DNA of 64,000 nt from a bacterium (lineage in GTDB: Bacteria; Patescibacteriota; Minisyncoccia; Phycocordibacterales; UBA2100), in NCBI GenBank assembly GCA_030648265.1, contig JAUSHX010000013.1:3030-67029 (forward strand), given 5' to 3'. The position numbers were made by a program, and so were the translations under genes. Each line of letters begins with the position of its first letter. Within the stretch, counting starts at the first letter, position 1. The notes beneath the pieces were generated by a model. The model was given only the letters and a program-made list of their open reading frames with translations. It made no database searches and had not been told where the DNA came from. Below, in pieces: positions 36,307 to 45,563 of this stretch.

Positions 36307-39126
36307 CTACTGAAACGCCTGCATCGTTGGGTCTGGGGTCCTCTCTGGCTCAGCATATCTTGCCCGGATGTCCGCCTCAATTTCTTCCCTATCCTTGCCA
36401 TATGTGAGATATGAAAGCTCTTTGAGCGCAGGAACCTTGCTGGAATCATGCTCCGCCGGCTTCACTGTTTGGATGGTAAACGGCCGTGCTGGCGTGCCGT
36501 TCACAAGGAGCGACATGACGGCATTGTAATTCGGGAGGTTTTCCAAGTCGGGTGCGGTGAAGCCCGGTTCAAATTGCTTTGCAAGAAACTCGGCATCCAT
36601 CGTGCCGACGCGGAACGCGGCTTTCGTGCCGACGTTGCCGATGACGGCGTCGCGGATTTTCTCATCCAACTGTGCGATGAACTGGTGCGCAATAACGAGC
36701 GAGAGTTTGTATTTCCGCGCCTCGGAAAGTATCGTGCCGATGGACGGCGTCGCAAAGTTTTGGAACTCGTCGATATAGAGATAGAAGACAGGCAAGTCGC
36801 CTCGCGAATCAATGCGGGAGAATGCAGCTTGGAGGAATTTGGAAACCAACACAAGACCAAGAAGCGAGGTGTTGCGTTCGCCCAACCGTCCCTTGGAAAG
36901 GTTCGCGAGAAAAATCTTCTTGTCGTCCATAATTTTGCGGAAGTCAAAAGCCGATTTCTCCTGCGCGACGATGGGGCGCATGATGTCGTTCGCGAGAAAG
37001 ACATCAAACTTGCTTGAAATGTACGGTGTTACATTTTCCAAAGAGGCGTCTCCGCCGGCGGCCTCCGCGATTTTTCGCCAGAACTGGATGATGACCGGAT
37101 TTTTGCATTTTGAAATCTTAAGGTCGCGGAATGACGCGTCTGCAAATACCCGCGGAACTTCAAGGAACGTGGAGCCGGAATCTGGATCCTCCACGACCAG
37201 TTGCACGGCGTTGCGGTAGTACTGCTCAAACATCGGGCCGAACGCCTCCGGCACATCGGCATAGAGCTTGCGGAAAATCCCGTATACTTCGTCCACCACA
37301 AATGTTTTCATTTCCGGCTTTGAACGGTCGTATTCCAGCATGTTGAGGCCCATCGGACGCGCCGTGTACGCCGGGTCAAAATATATAACGTCGTTCATCC
37401 GCTCCGGAGGAATTGCAGCCAAAATGTCCTCAATGTCGTTTCCATGCGGGTCTATGAATGCGACGCCCTCGCCGTTTTGTATATCCTGAATAATCATGTT
37501 TTTGATAAGAGTCGTCTTGCCTGTGCCTGTCTGCCCGATGACGTAGCAGTGCCGCATTCTGTCGGAAGCGCCAAAATGCACAGGCGTCTCCGTCGCGCCG
37601 TAACGATTGATTCCGAGCGTAATGCCTTCGGCCGCCATCGCGACAGGCGCAGGCATTTGTTTTGCGAACGCGCGCTTCAGTTCGCGCGATGTCGTTACGC
37701 GCTCGGCGGTGAAGTGGAACATAGTTGCTACCTCGGACAAAGCGAGTGGCATTATAATAGAGCGGTCAAACGTACGATATATGAAATCGCGCAGAAAATT
37801 TTCTATGCCCCAATTCCCGACCTCTTTAAACATGAGGTGGTTTCCCCTCGGGTCGTCATATTGATTAAAGGGCGCAATCAGGTTTTGCAATATCTCCTGC
37901 GCTCGTTTCTTGTCGGGCGCCGAAGCCACCAAGCGGATAAGGACGGGCGCGATGCGGCTTTTTATCTTGCGTCCGATAATCTCCGTCGCGACCTGGTCCG
38001 AAACGCGCCGGTAATCTTTCTCTTTGTCCTCCTTGTAAACCTGCGGCATAAAAATCGCCCTGCCAAATTCATGAACGATGTCTCCCAAAACAGTCTCGGG
38101 AACTTTGAGCGCGCGCCACAGAGGCCATCCTCGCTCTATTACGCGAATCATCTTCTTGTAATGCCTGTTGTATCTGTCGCCCTCGTTGCCGACTATGAAT
38201 TGGATAGCCGCACCTTCTCCGTGCTTCGCGAGCTTGGCAAATGCTGAAAGCAGAACGTTCAATGGGTCGTGCTCAAACATCTCGTATGTTTTAAGCGGTA
38301 AGGCAGGGTGGTCGGAAAGCCGAGCAATAGCCCCCGCACTTTCTCCCTGGTAATTGAAGATGTTGTAATCGCCTCGGCTCTCTGAAATACGCGCGTTCGG
38401 AAACACAGATGATATTAAGCGTTCCGCAAGAACCTTTTTCGCATTTGGAACTCCGAGATATAAAGAAACTTCCTCCGAACCATTGGGAACGGCAATTTCA
38501 AGCGAGAAACCTTCGTTGGGAGAGATGAGGGACGTGAGCCCGGCGTAGAGCTGCTCGGAGGACGAAAGTATTTGCTCCAGTTTCATCTGTGCCTGCTGTT
38601 CTTTATCTTTTCCGCTATGCGCCTGCGGCTGAATTTCAAAAAGAACCATATGGAGTGCGCGCTTCACTTTTTCCGCCGGTGCAAACCCTTTTTCAGGAAG
38701 ACCCTCGGCAATGTAACGAACGAGCATCCGGTGCAAATCGTCTTCCAAATGCGGATTTTTCATGCGCGCCGCGACAGAGAGAGCGTTGCGTATCCCGTGT
38801 TCCGCTACGATTTTCAAAAGGCCGTCCATCTGCGCATCGTGCTCTTCCGGTTCTAGGTTGAGCGCAAGCCGTATAGTGTCGTGTTCTGGTAAAACAACCG
38901 CCTCATGCAGAACAGCATGCGCGGGCTGTGCGCCATACGCGGCAATTTCGCGCTTGGCTATGCGGTCTTTCTCAACGCGGTTTTCTGCGGTTTCCAACTC
39001 TCCTGTCTTTTCTTTCACCTTCTCGCGCAAATAGGCGAGTTCCTCTTGTGGGGATTTGAATTTTTCCGCCGTCTTCGTTATACGCTCCGAAATAAAGCGC
39101 GGTTCCGCTGCAACTAATGCCACCAT
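36307..39126 (-). CDS. Type IV secretion coupling-protein-like ATPase (VirD4/TraG/TraD family, FtsK-HerA superfamily), 939 aa with a large N-terminal extension
   Basis: Walker A HCYVIGQTGTGKTT. The C-terminal segment YLYIDEFQNF...ARKYKLSLVIAHQFIAQLDEKIRDAVIGNVGTKAAFRVG is typical of the TraG-D_C domain. Confidence 0.65.
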   Translation of the reverse strand: MVALVAAEPRFISERITKTAEKFKSPQEELAYLREKVKEKTGELETAENRVEKDRIAKREIAAYGAQPAHAVLHEAVVLPEHDTIRLALNLEPEEHDAQMDGLLKIVAEHGIRNALSVAARMKNPHLEDDLHRMLVRYIAEGLPEKGFAPAEKVKRALHMVLFEIQPQAHSGKDKEQQAQMKLEQILSSSEQLYAGLTSLISPNEGFSLEIAVPNGSEEVSLYLGVPNAKKVLAERLISSVFPNARISESRGDYNIFNYQGESAGAIARLSDHPALPLKTYEMFEHDPLNVLLSAFAKLAKHGEGAAIQFIVGNEGDRYNRHYKKMIRVIERGWPLWRALKVPETVLGDIVHEFGRAIFMPQVYKEDKEKDYRRVSDQVATEIIGRKIKSRIAPVLIRLVASAPDKKRAQEILQNLIAPFNQYDDPRGNHLMFKEVGNWGIENFLRDFIYRTFDRSIIMPLALSEVATMFHFTAERVTTSRELKRAFAKQMPAPVAMAAEGITLGINRYGATETPVHFGASDRMRHCYVIGQTGTGKTTLIKNMIIQDIQNGEGVAFIDPHGNDIEDILAAIPPERMNDVIYFDPAYTARPMGLNMLEYDRSKPEMKTFVVDEVYGIFRKLYADVPEAFGPMFEQYYRNAVQLVVEDPDSGSTFLEVPRVFADASFRDLKISKCKNPVIIQFWRKIAEAAGGDASLENVTPYISSKFDVFLANDIMRPIVAQEKSAFDFRKIMDDKKIFLANLSKGRLGERNTSLLGLVLVSKFLQAAFSRIDSRGDLPVFYLYIDEFQNFATPSIGTILSEARKYKLSLVIAHQFIAQLDEKIRDAVIGNVGTKAAFRVGTMDAEFLAKQFEPGFTAPDLENLPNYNAVMSLLVNGTPARPFTIQTVKPAEHDSSKVPALKELSYLTYGKDREEIEADIRARYAEPERTPDPTMQAFQ

Positions 39127-39144
39127 CGCTAAATTATAGCATCA

Positions 39145-40413
39145 CTATATCAACGCCTTCGCCCCGATGTCTCGGCGGAAGTATTTACCTTCAAAATGTA
39201 TCAGCTCAACGGCCTCATACGCGCGGTCAAGCGCGCCCTGAAGCGTGTCGCCCACGGCCGAGACTCCGAGTACGCGGCCTCCTGCCGTACTCAATGTCCC
39301 GCCTTGAGTTGAAGTGCCTGCGTGGAATACGACAACGCCTAGGATTTTCTCTGCTTCCTCAATTCCGGTTATGGGAAATCCTTTTTTGTACGTATCGGGA
39401 TACCCGCCGGAGGCAAGAACAATATTTACCGCAAAGCCGGAATTCCATTCAATATTCATGCCTGCAAGTTTTCCATCGGCGGAGGCTTCCAGAATATCCA
39501 ACAAATCTGTCTTCAACAGACGCATGTACACTTGGCATTCCGGGTCTCCAAAACGAGCGTTGAACTCCAGAACTTTAATGCCATTCGACGCCATTTTAAG
39601 CCCCGGGTACAAGATGCCGACGAACGGCGCCCCATGCTCCGCAAGCGCACGCAAGGTCGGGCGCACAATGCGAACTTCTATATCTTTCAGAGCCTCCATT
39701 GAAACGAACGGGACAGGTGCGATTGCCCCCATTCCGCCGGTGTTTTTTCCCGTTTCATTTTCGCCTACTTTTTTATGGTCCTGCGACGGCGGAAATAATA
39801 TGAAATCTTTGCCGTCCGCAAGCGCGTGAATGGAAATTTCCTGCCCATCCAGATATTCTTCTATGACGACTTCGTTGCCTGCCTCCTTGAACACGCGCTG
39901 TACCATGATTTCTTCAAGCGCGGACTCTGCTTCGGCGAGTGTCATACAAACGTAAACGCCCTTACCGAACGAAAGTCCGTTAGCTTTTACAACGATAGGA
40001 GCTCCGTGCTCGCGGATATAATTCAATGCGTCGTCGTGGTTGGAAAAAATCTCAAATTCGGCGGTGGGAACGCCTGCCTCCCTCATCAGGCGCTTCGCAA
40101 ATGCTTTTGACCCCTCAATGTGCGCCGCCGCTTTCACCGGACCCCACACGCGCAACCCGCGCAGCTTGAACAAATCTACGATGCCCTCTCCCAGCGGATT
40201 GTCAGGCCCGACGATTGTCAAAGCCACGTTTCTTTCCTTTGCGAACTTCACCAGATTCTCAAAATCCATTGCGTCTATCGGCACATTTTCACCTAAAGCC
40301 CCGGTGCCGCCGTTTCCCGGCGCAATGTAGAGTTTCCCGATGCGGGGCGATTGCGCGAGTTTCCACGCAAGCGCATTTTCCCTGCCTCCTGTGCCAACGA
40401 CCAAAACATCCAT
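39145..40413 (-). CDS. purD: Phosphoribosylamine-glycine ligase
   Basis: MDVLVVGTGGRENALAWKL and ATP-grasp motifs. Confidence 0.9.
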   Translation of the reverse strand: MDVLVVGTGGRENALAWKLAQSPRIGKLYIAPGNGGTGALGENVPIDAMDFENLVKFAKERNVALTIVGPDNPLGEGIVDLFKLRGLRVWGPVKAAAHIEGSKAFAKRLMREAGVPTAEFEIFSNHDDALNYIREHGAPIVVKANGLSFGKGVYVCMTLAEAESALEEIMVQRVFKEAGNEVVIEEYLDGQEISIHALADGKDFILFPPSQDHKKVGENETGKNTGGMGAIAPVPFVSMEALKDIEVRIVRPTLRALAEHGAPFVGILYPGLKMASNGIKVLEFNARFGDPECQVYMRLLKTDLLDILEASADGKLAGMNIEWNSGFAVNIVLASGGYPDTYKKGFPITGIEEAEKILGVVVFHAGTSTQGGTLSTAGGRVLGVSAVGDTLQGALDRAYEAVELIHFEGKYFRRDIGAKALI

Positions 40414-40459
40414 GGTTGGATTATATACGAGAATCCGAGAAAAGGTGTCGTATGTATAT

Positions 40460-40495
40460 GGTACAATCCATCAACACCTGTTGATGGATTGTACC
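40460..40495. promoter_or_regulatory. Perfect 36-bp palindrome GGTACAATCCATCAACACCTGTTGATGGATTGTACC abutting the ATG of the PaaX-like paralog 1
   Basis: Identical copy at 41101-41136 immediately after the same gene. Contains TACAAT. Confidence 0.8.
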
Positions 40496-41074
40496 ATGGC
40501 AAGAACATCCAATATGAAAACGACAGTGAATCAGAATCGGCGTGAGCGAACAGTGCAAATCCTCAAAATGGTTGCTGTCGGCGCACTTATCATTGGCATC
40601 GGTGCTGTACCATCTCCGCGGGCAGTTGGTAGGCTTCTTGCTGAACTAACACTTGGAGATAGCTCGAGAAATAGAAAATATGCGAGTCGGAAAATTAGAG
40701 AATTGAAAAAGCGCGGTTTCCTTGAGAAGCACGGCGTGCGGTATGCAGTCAGCGACAAAGGCCAACGAATACTCTCTCGCGAGCGCATTATGACCCTTGA
40801 GATACCAAGCTCCCGCAGGTGGAATGGGAGGTGGTATCTCATCATGTTTGACATTCCGCTCACGCAATCGTATGCACGGCAGGCACTCAATACGCTGTTA
40901 CTCGGCATGGGTCTGGTACAGTACCAGCAGTCGGTACTTATATATCCGTACCCCATCAAAGAAACGGTGCTGCACGTCTGCAGGTTTTACAAAGTCACTC
41001 GTTACGTATCTTTCGTTACGGCGGATAATGTCGACGGCGCGGACAAACTCAAAGGTCAGTTTGGCTTACCCTGA
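40496..41074 (+). CDS. Membrane-anchored wHTH + PaaX_C/Cas2-like domain protein, paralog 1 (likely start at MARTSN)
   Basis: N-terminal TM helix (MVAVGALIIGIGAV), a wHTH segment, then RWNGRWYLIMFDIPLTQSYARQALNTLLLGMGLVQYQQSVLIYPY. It is a paralog of 49699-50286 and 58780-59346. Confidence 0.55.
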   Translation: MARTSNMKTTVNQNRRERTVQILKMVAVGALIIGIGAVPSPRAVGRLLAELTLGDSSRNRKYASRKIRELKKRGFLEKHGVRYAVSDKGQRILSRERIMTLEIPSSRRWNGRWYLIMFDIPLTQSYARQALNTLLLGMGLVQYQQSVLIYPYPIKETVLHVCRFYKVTRYVSFVTADNVDGADKLKGQFGLP

Positions 41075-41100
41075 ACTTGCGCCGAGCTCACTCATGTAGC

Positions 41101-41136
41101 GGTACAATCCATCAACACCTGTTGATGGATTGTACC
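41101..41136. promoter_or_regulatory. Second copy of the paralog-1 palindrome
   Basis: Identical 36-mer. Confidence 0.8.
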
Positions 41137-41163
41137 GCCGTCTATGAGTCATGAGTATCCGAT

Positions 41164-41697
41164 CTATCGACCGTGACTATCAAGATGATGCATGGCCTCT
41201 TCGGGCGTACCGACAAAGTGCACTGAATTCATGATATCGTCCCTCAAAAATCCTTCGTCGTTCATTCGCTGTAACTGCTGTTTAAGCCCATCGTAGAAGT
41301 GGTCTGTATTGACGATGACTACCGGTTTATTCTGTTCTCCGTCCTTTTTCATTCGTACTATTTCCGTGAGTTCGTTGAGTGTACCTATCCCTCCAACAAG
41401 CACGATAATCACGTCGCCACGCTCAATGAGACCTAGGTTCATATCGCGACCATTTTTCACGACTATCATTTCGTCAGCATTTTTATACGCTTTATCCTTA
41501 ATTTTCTCCTGGATAACGCCGATTACTCTTGACCTGCCACGCTGTGCAGTGCGAGCAATAAGACCCATCAGGCCTTCGTCGGCTCCGCCCCAGACCAACG
41601 CATATTTGTGCTCAGCGATCAATCGTGCAAGCGTTTCCGCCGCCCCTTTATATTTTTCTGCGACATCATACTGCGAACAGAAAACGCAGATATTCAT
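41164..41697 (-). CDS. LOG-family (TIGR00730, cytokinin riboside 5-prime-monophosphate phosphoribohydrolase-like) protein
   Basis: ALVWGGADEGLMG and VLVGGIGTLNELTE. Confidence 0.75.
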   Translation of the reverse strand: MNICVFCSQYDVAEKYKGAAETLARLIAEHKYALVWGGADEGLMGLIARTAQRGRSRVIGVIQEKIKDKAYKNADEMIVVKNGRDMNLGLIERGDVIIVLVGGIGTLNELTEIVRMKKDGEQNKPVVIVNTDHFYDGLKQQLQRMNDEGFLRDDIMNSVHFVGTPEEAMHHLDSHGR

Positions 41698-41698
41698 A

Positions 41699-42469
41699 TC
41701 ATTCTTTAGTCAAAATCTCCGGACCGTCTTTGGTAATGATGACCGTGTGTTCAAAGTGCGCTGTGCGGGAGCCGTCTTTTGTGCGGTAGGAGTGGCCGTC
41801 TTTGTCAACATAGAGTTCGCCGGAGCCGAGCGCCATCATCGGTTCTATCGCAATAACAAGTCCTTCTTCAAGTTTCACTCCGCTCCCAGGGTGCCCGAAA
41901 TTGGGCACGTGCGGTTCTTCGTGTACTTTGAGCCCCACCCCGTGGCCCGAGAGATTTCGCGGAAATCCAAAGCCGTATTTTTTCGCGATGCGCTCAACGG
42001 CATAGCCGATATCCCCTGTAGTATTGCCGATTTTCGCCACCGCGATTCCAATTGTAAGAGCCTCTTGCGTTCCGTTCAACAAACGTTCGTCTTCCGGGTT
42101 CCGTTTTGTTCCCGCAATTACGGTAACCGCCGAATCGGTAAAAAATCCTTCATGCTTTATTCCAAAATCAAGGCATACGACATCGCCCTCTTCTATAGAA
42201 GTGTCATTCAATGCGGCAGGGCTGTGAACGATAACGTCGTTCACCGAAACGCACAGGCCGGATGGATACGGCTCTTCATTTTTTCCGCCTTTGTATCCGT
42301 AAAACGCCAGTTCATCGCCGTCTTTCGCGACCATTTCCCGGGCCATATCTTCCAGCTCGCGCGGAGTAATGCCAACTTTTACCATCCCCGACAAAATACG
42401 TAAATGCTTCGCGAGCCGTCTCCCTCCCTCGCGCAGTGCTGATATTTCCGTATCTCTTCTCGCGATCAT
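41699..42469 (-). CDS. map: Methionine aminopeptidase type I
   Basis: Metal-ligand motifs: VCLDFG, HGVGL, EPM. Confidence 0.9.
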   Translation of the reverse strand: MIARRDTEISALREGGRRLAKHLRILSGMVKVGITPRELEDMAREMVAKDGDELAFYGYKGGKNEEPYPSGLCVSVNDVIVHSPAALNDTSIEEGDVVCLDFGIKHEGFFTDSAVTVIAGTKRNPEDERLLNGTQEALTIGIAVAKIGNTTGDIGYAVERIAKKYGFGFPRNLSGHGVGLKVHEEPHVPNFGHPGSGVKLEEGLVIAIEPMMALGSGELYVDKDGHSYRTKDGSRTAHFEHTVIITKDGPEILTKE

Positions 42470-43053
42470 GTAAGCTTCAGCGCCGAAAGAATATTTCTAT
42501 GAATAGTCGTGACGTCCGGTTCGCCATCAATCTCATGGATAGTGCGACAGCGGCTCTTCAGAAGTTCCAGTTGCGGTAGCACGTCGGTCTTCGTCCACGC
42601 AAGCCGTCTGCGGATTCCTTCCTCCGTGTCATCGTTGCGACCGCGGCCGATTAATCGTTTTACCGCCGTATCATCGGAAATGACAAGATTTACGACCTGC
42701 AAATCGTCTCGCTTGAAGAACTGCATCATGTCGTCAAACCCGCGGGTCTGATCGTCTCCGCGAGCAAGACCGTCCGCAATGATATGTTCTTCACCGGTGA
42801 AATTATCTACCAGTAATTTCGTCTGAAGATAAATGGCCATAAAGTCATAGATGCGTATGCCGTTGTCTATAATCTCACCGGTTAATTTGCCTGCGTATGT
42901 GCCTGTATCGCGCAGACTACGAAGTTCGTGACCCATGTCAATACGGATAACTTTGCGGTCGGACTTGGACTTCAGATAATCAACGAGCATCTGCACTTGC
43001 GTACCTTTGCCTGCGCCCTGAGAGCCGAAAAAAAGCAGCGTGACAGGCTTCAT
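42466..43053 (-). CDS. adk: Adenylate kinase
   Basis: GSQGAGKGTQ P-loop, LID-region arginines, and position in the conserved secY-adk-map order. Confidence 0.8.
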   Translation of the reverse strand: MKPVTLLFFGSQGAGKGTQVQMLVDYLKSKSDRKVIRIDMGHELRSLRDTGTYAGKLTGEIIDNGIRIYDFMAIYLQTKLLVDNFTGEEHIIADGLARGDDQTRGFDDMMQFFKRDDLQVVNLVISDDTAVKRLIGRGRNDDTEEGIRRRLAWTKTDVLPQLELLKSRCRTIHEIDGEPDVTTIHRNILSALKLT

Positions 43054-43153
43054 AAGAAAAGTTGACAGTTGACAGTTGACAGTTGACAGTGAAAAACATC
43101 TCGGCTTCGAGCTTCTGTAAACTGTAAACTGTTTGCTGTAAACTGCATGATTC
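43054..43153 (-). repeat. Family-4 intercistronic element: (GTTGACA)x4 ... (CTGTAAACTG)x3
   Basis: Tandem heptamers whose two arms are near-complementary (one mismatch per unit); lies between gmk and adk. Confidence 0.7.
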
Positions 43154-43744
43154 TTATTTTAGATTATAGCCCTCTCTTTCAAGTATCGCCACAACTTCTT
43201 CCACGGTCTCCTCCAGTTTCCCGTCGGCATTCACGACCCGATAGTCGTACTGCGGGGAGTGGAGGCGCATCTCATCCTCTGTAATGCGCATGCGCGCATT
43301 GAACTCCGTCTGTGTCCATTCCGGATTACGGGTGCGCAGGCGCGCCCTGAACTGCTCAATGGATTCGGGCATGATGAATATTGTCATAGCGTTGTACCGC
43401 TCTTTGAGAAGCTTTGCGCCGACGATGTCTACCTGCGCGAAGACTGTTTTCCCATCGGCAATGCCCTTCTCAAGTGCCGGGAGGTACGTTCCGTAGTATG
43501 TATTGAGCGCGGGAACAAACCGGTGCTCGGGAATATTTCCGCTTGCGAGCTCTTCGTCAAATTTCTCCTGCGTAAAAAAGTAGTAATCTACGCCGTCCGT
43601 TTCCCCCTGGCGCATGGCGCGCGTCGTCGCCGTGACGAGGCGCATGCAATTGGAATACTGTTTGAGTATTTCCCCGATAACGGCATTTTTCCCGCTTCCA
43701 GAAGGCCCGGCTATGACCACAACTTGTTTGCCGTCCGCATTCAT
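43154..43744 (-). CDS. gmk: Guanylate kinase
   Basis: VIAGPSGSGKN, TTRAMRQGETDGVDYYF. Confidence 0.8.
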   Translation of the reverse strand: MNADGKQVVVIAGPSGSGKNAVIGEILKQYSNCMRLVTATTRAMRQGETDGVDYYFFTQEKFDEELASGNIPEHRFVPALNTYYGTYLPALEKGIADGKTVFAQVDIVGAKLLKERYNAMTIFIMPESIEQFRARLRTRNPEWTQTEFNARMRITEDEMRLHSPQYDYRVVNADGKLEETVEEVVAILEREGYNLK

Positions 43745-43752
43745 ATATGCGG

Positions 43753-45027
43753 TTAATACTCCCGTATGGAGGTTTGCGCGTCAACTTTCTTAACTACATC
43801 CAACACAACGGAGACAACGATCAGGAGCGCAGTGCCGCCGATGGTGACCGCGGTAATTCCCGTAATGCCTTGCAATATGAGCGGCAGAACCGCCAAAAAT
43901 CCCAAGAACAGCGCACCGACGAGCGTAATGCGCGTAATGATGTTGCCGAGATATTCAGACGTCGTAACACCGGGACGTACTCCCGGGATGAACGCGCCGT
44001 TTTTCTGTAAATTCTTTGCGATTTGCGTTGGCTCAAATGTAATCGCGGTGTAGAAGTACGTGAACAGGAACACCATTCCGAAATAGAGCGCTCCGTATAA
44101 CCACTGGTTCGCCAAAACTGAAACGACCCATGAGGCGGCGGAGGCGACTAATGCGATGGAGCTCTTGGATAGGAATGTCGCTATCATTTGCGGGAAAAGC
44201 AGAATGGAAAGCGCAAAGATGATAGGCATAACCCCAGCCTGATTAACTCGAAGCGGCAGGTATGTGGAAACACCTCCCATGACTTTCATACCGCGCACAC
44301 GCCTCGCGTACGTGACAGGTATCGGCCGTTCGGCCTCCGTGACAAAGACAACGCCCGCAACAATAACGGCGGCGACTACGGCAAAGCCTACGTACGCCGG
44401 CAATTGAGAAATATCAAAACTGAAGATAAATTGCGATATTGCGCTCGGAATGCCCGCGACAATGCCTGCGAAAATCAAAAGCGACACGCCGTTTCCAACA
44501 CCAAATTCCGTAATAAGCTCACCTATCCACATGAGCAGAAGCGCACCTGCAGCTATGACCATTACATTTGTAAGTGTTTGCATAAAATCCATTTCAGGGA
44601 CAACGCCGCTCTGGCGCAAAAGAATGAGAAAACCGAACGCCTGAATGAACGCGAGCGGAACTGTCAGGTATCTCGAATACTGCGTAAAGCGCATTCTCCC
44701 GGAATCTCCTTCCTCCTGATACATCGCCTTCAAGGAAGGAGAAAGTACCGAAACAAGCTGCATGACGATTGAAGCGGTGATGAACGGAGAGACTCCAATC
44801 ATCATGATAGAAAGGTTAGAAAATCCGCCGCCGGAAAAGACGTTGAGAAGGCCTAAGAATTGGTTGTTGCCGAGGAAATTTTCCAGTGCGGCTACATTGA
44901 TTCCCGGAATAGGAATTGCGGCAAGAAGGCGAAACACAACGAGGGCGCCGAGAACAAACAGAACGCGGTCGCGAAGAGTCTCGTCGGTGACGATAAGCTT
45001 GATCTTGCGATAGAATGTGTCCCACAT
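43753..45027 (-). CDS. secY: Preprotein translocase subunit SecY
   Basis: Ten TM helices and the conserved GVMPIIFA and NPGGRT-like segments. Confidence 0.9.
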   Translation of the reverse strand: MWDTFYRKIKLIVTDETLRDRVLFVLGALVVFRLLAAIPIPGINVAALENFLGNNQFLGLLNVFSGGGFSNLSIMMIGVSPFITASIVMQLVSVLSPSLKAMYQEEGDSGRMRFTQYSRYLTVPLAFIQAFGFLILLRQSGVVPEMDFMQTLTNVMVIAAGALLLMWIGELITEFGVGNGVSLLIFAGIVAGIPSAISQFIFSFDISQLPAYVGFAVVAAVIVAGVVFVTEAERPIPVTYARRVRGMKVMGGVSTYLPLRVNQAGVMPIIFALSILLFPQMIATFLSKSSIALVASAASWVVSVLANQWLYGALYFGMVFLFTYFYTAITFEPTQIAKNLQKNGAFIPGVRPGVTTSEYLGNIITRITLVGALFLGFLAVLPLILQGITGITAVTIGGTALLIVVSVVLDVVKKVDAQTSIREY

Positions 45028-45111
45028 AAAAAGTTTACAGTTGACGGTGAACAGTTAACAGTAAAGAGGTCCCTGAGTTTCCTGTAATCTGTAAACTGTA
45101 GACTGTGAACT
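45028..45111 (-). repeat. Family-4 intercistronic element
   Basis: TTTACAGTTGACGGTGAACAGTTAACAGT ... CTGTAATCTGTAAACTGTAGACTG between rplO and secY. Confidence 0.65.
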
Positions 45112-45561
45112 TCATATCGTTACGGTTCCGCCCGCCTTTTCAATCGCAGCGCGTGCAGTAGCGGAAACCACGCATCCTTTGAAATGCAATTTCTTGTCTG
45201 TTCCCCCGCCCATAATCTTGATTGGCGGAAAGAGAGGGCCGCGCGCGCGAATTATCATTTTCTCCTTCAACGCCTTCGGGGTAATCTCTGCGCCATCGGC
45301 AAAAATCTTTGCCACAACCGAGAGCGAAACCGGGATTGCGTCCTTGCGCGAAGGATTGACCGTACGGCCGCGATTCTTTCCGTATCCGCGGCGCTTGGGC
45401 AGTTTCTTTATGATGTCGCGGAGCTCCGGACGTTTCTTTCGGCCGGCACGGGCGTTCTGACCCTTTGTGCCGCGTCCCGCTGTTTTTCCGCGCTTGCCGC
45501 CGCGCCCCACGCGCATGCGCGAACGCGCCGTTATTCTTTTCAAGGTGTGTAATCCCGCCAT
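45112..45561 (-). CDS. rplO: 50S ribosomal protein L15
   Basis: RVGRGGKRGKTAGRGTKGQ. Confidence 0.9.
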   Translation of the reverse strand: MAGLHTLKRITARSRMRVGRGGKRGKTAGRGTKGQNARAGRKKRPELRDIIKKLPKRRGYGKNRGRTVNPSRKDAIPVSLSVVAKIFADGAEITPKALKEKMIIRARGPLFPPIKIMGGGTDKKLHFKGCVVSATARAAIEKAGGTVTI

Positions 45562-45563
45562 AA

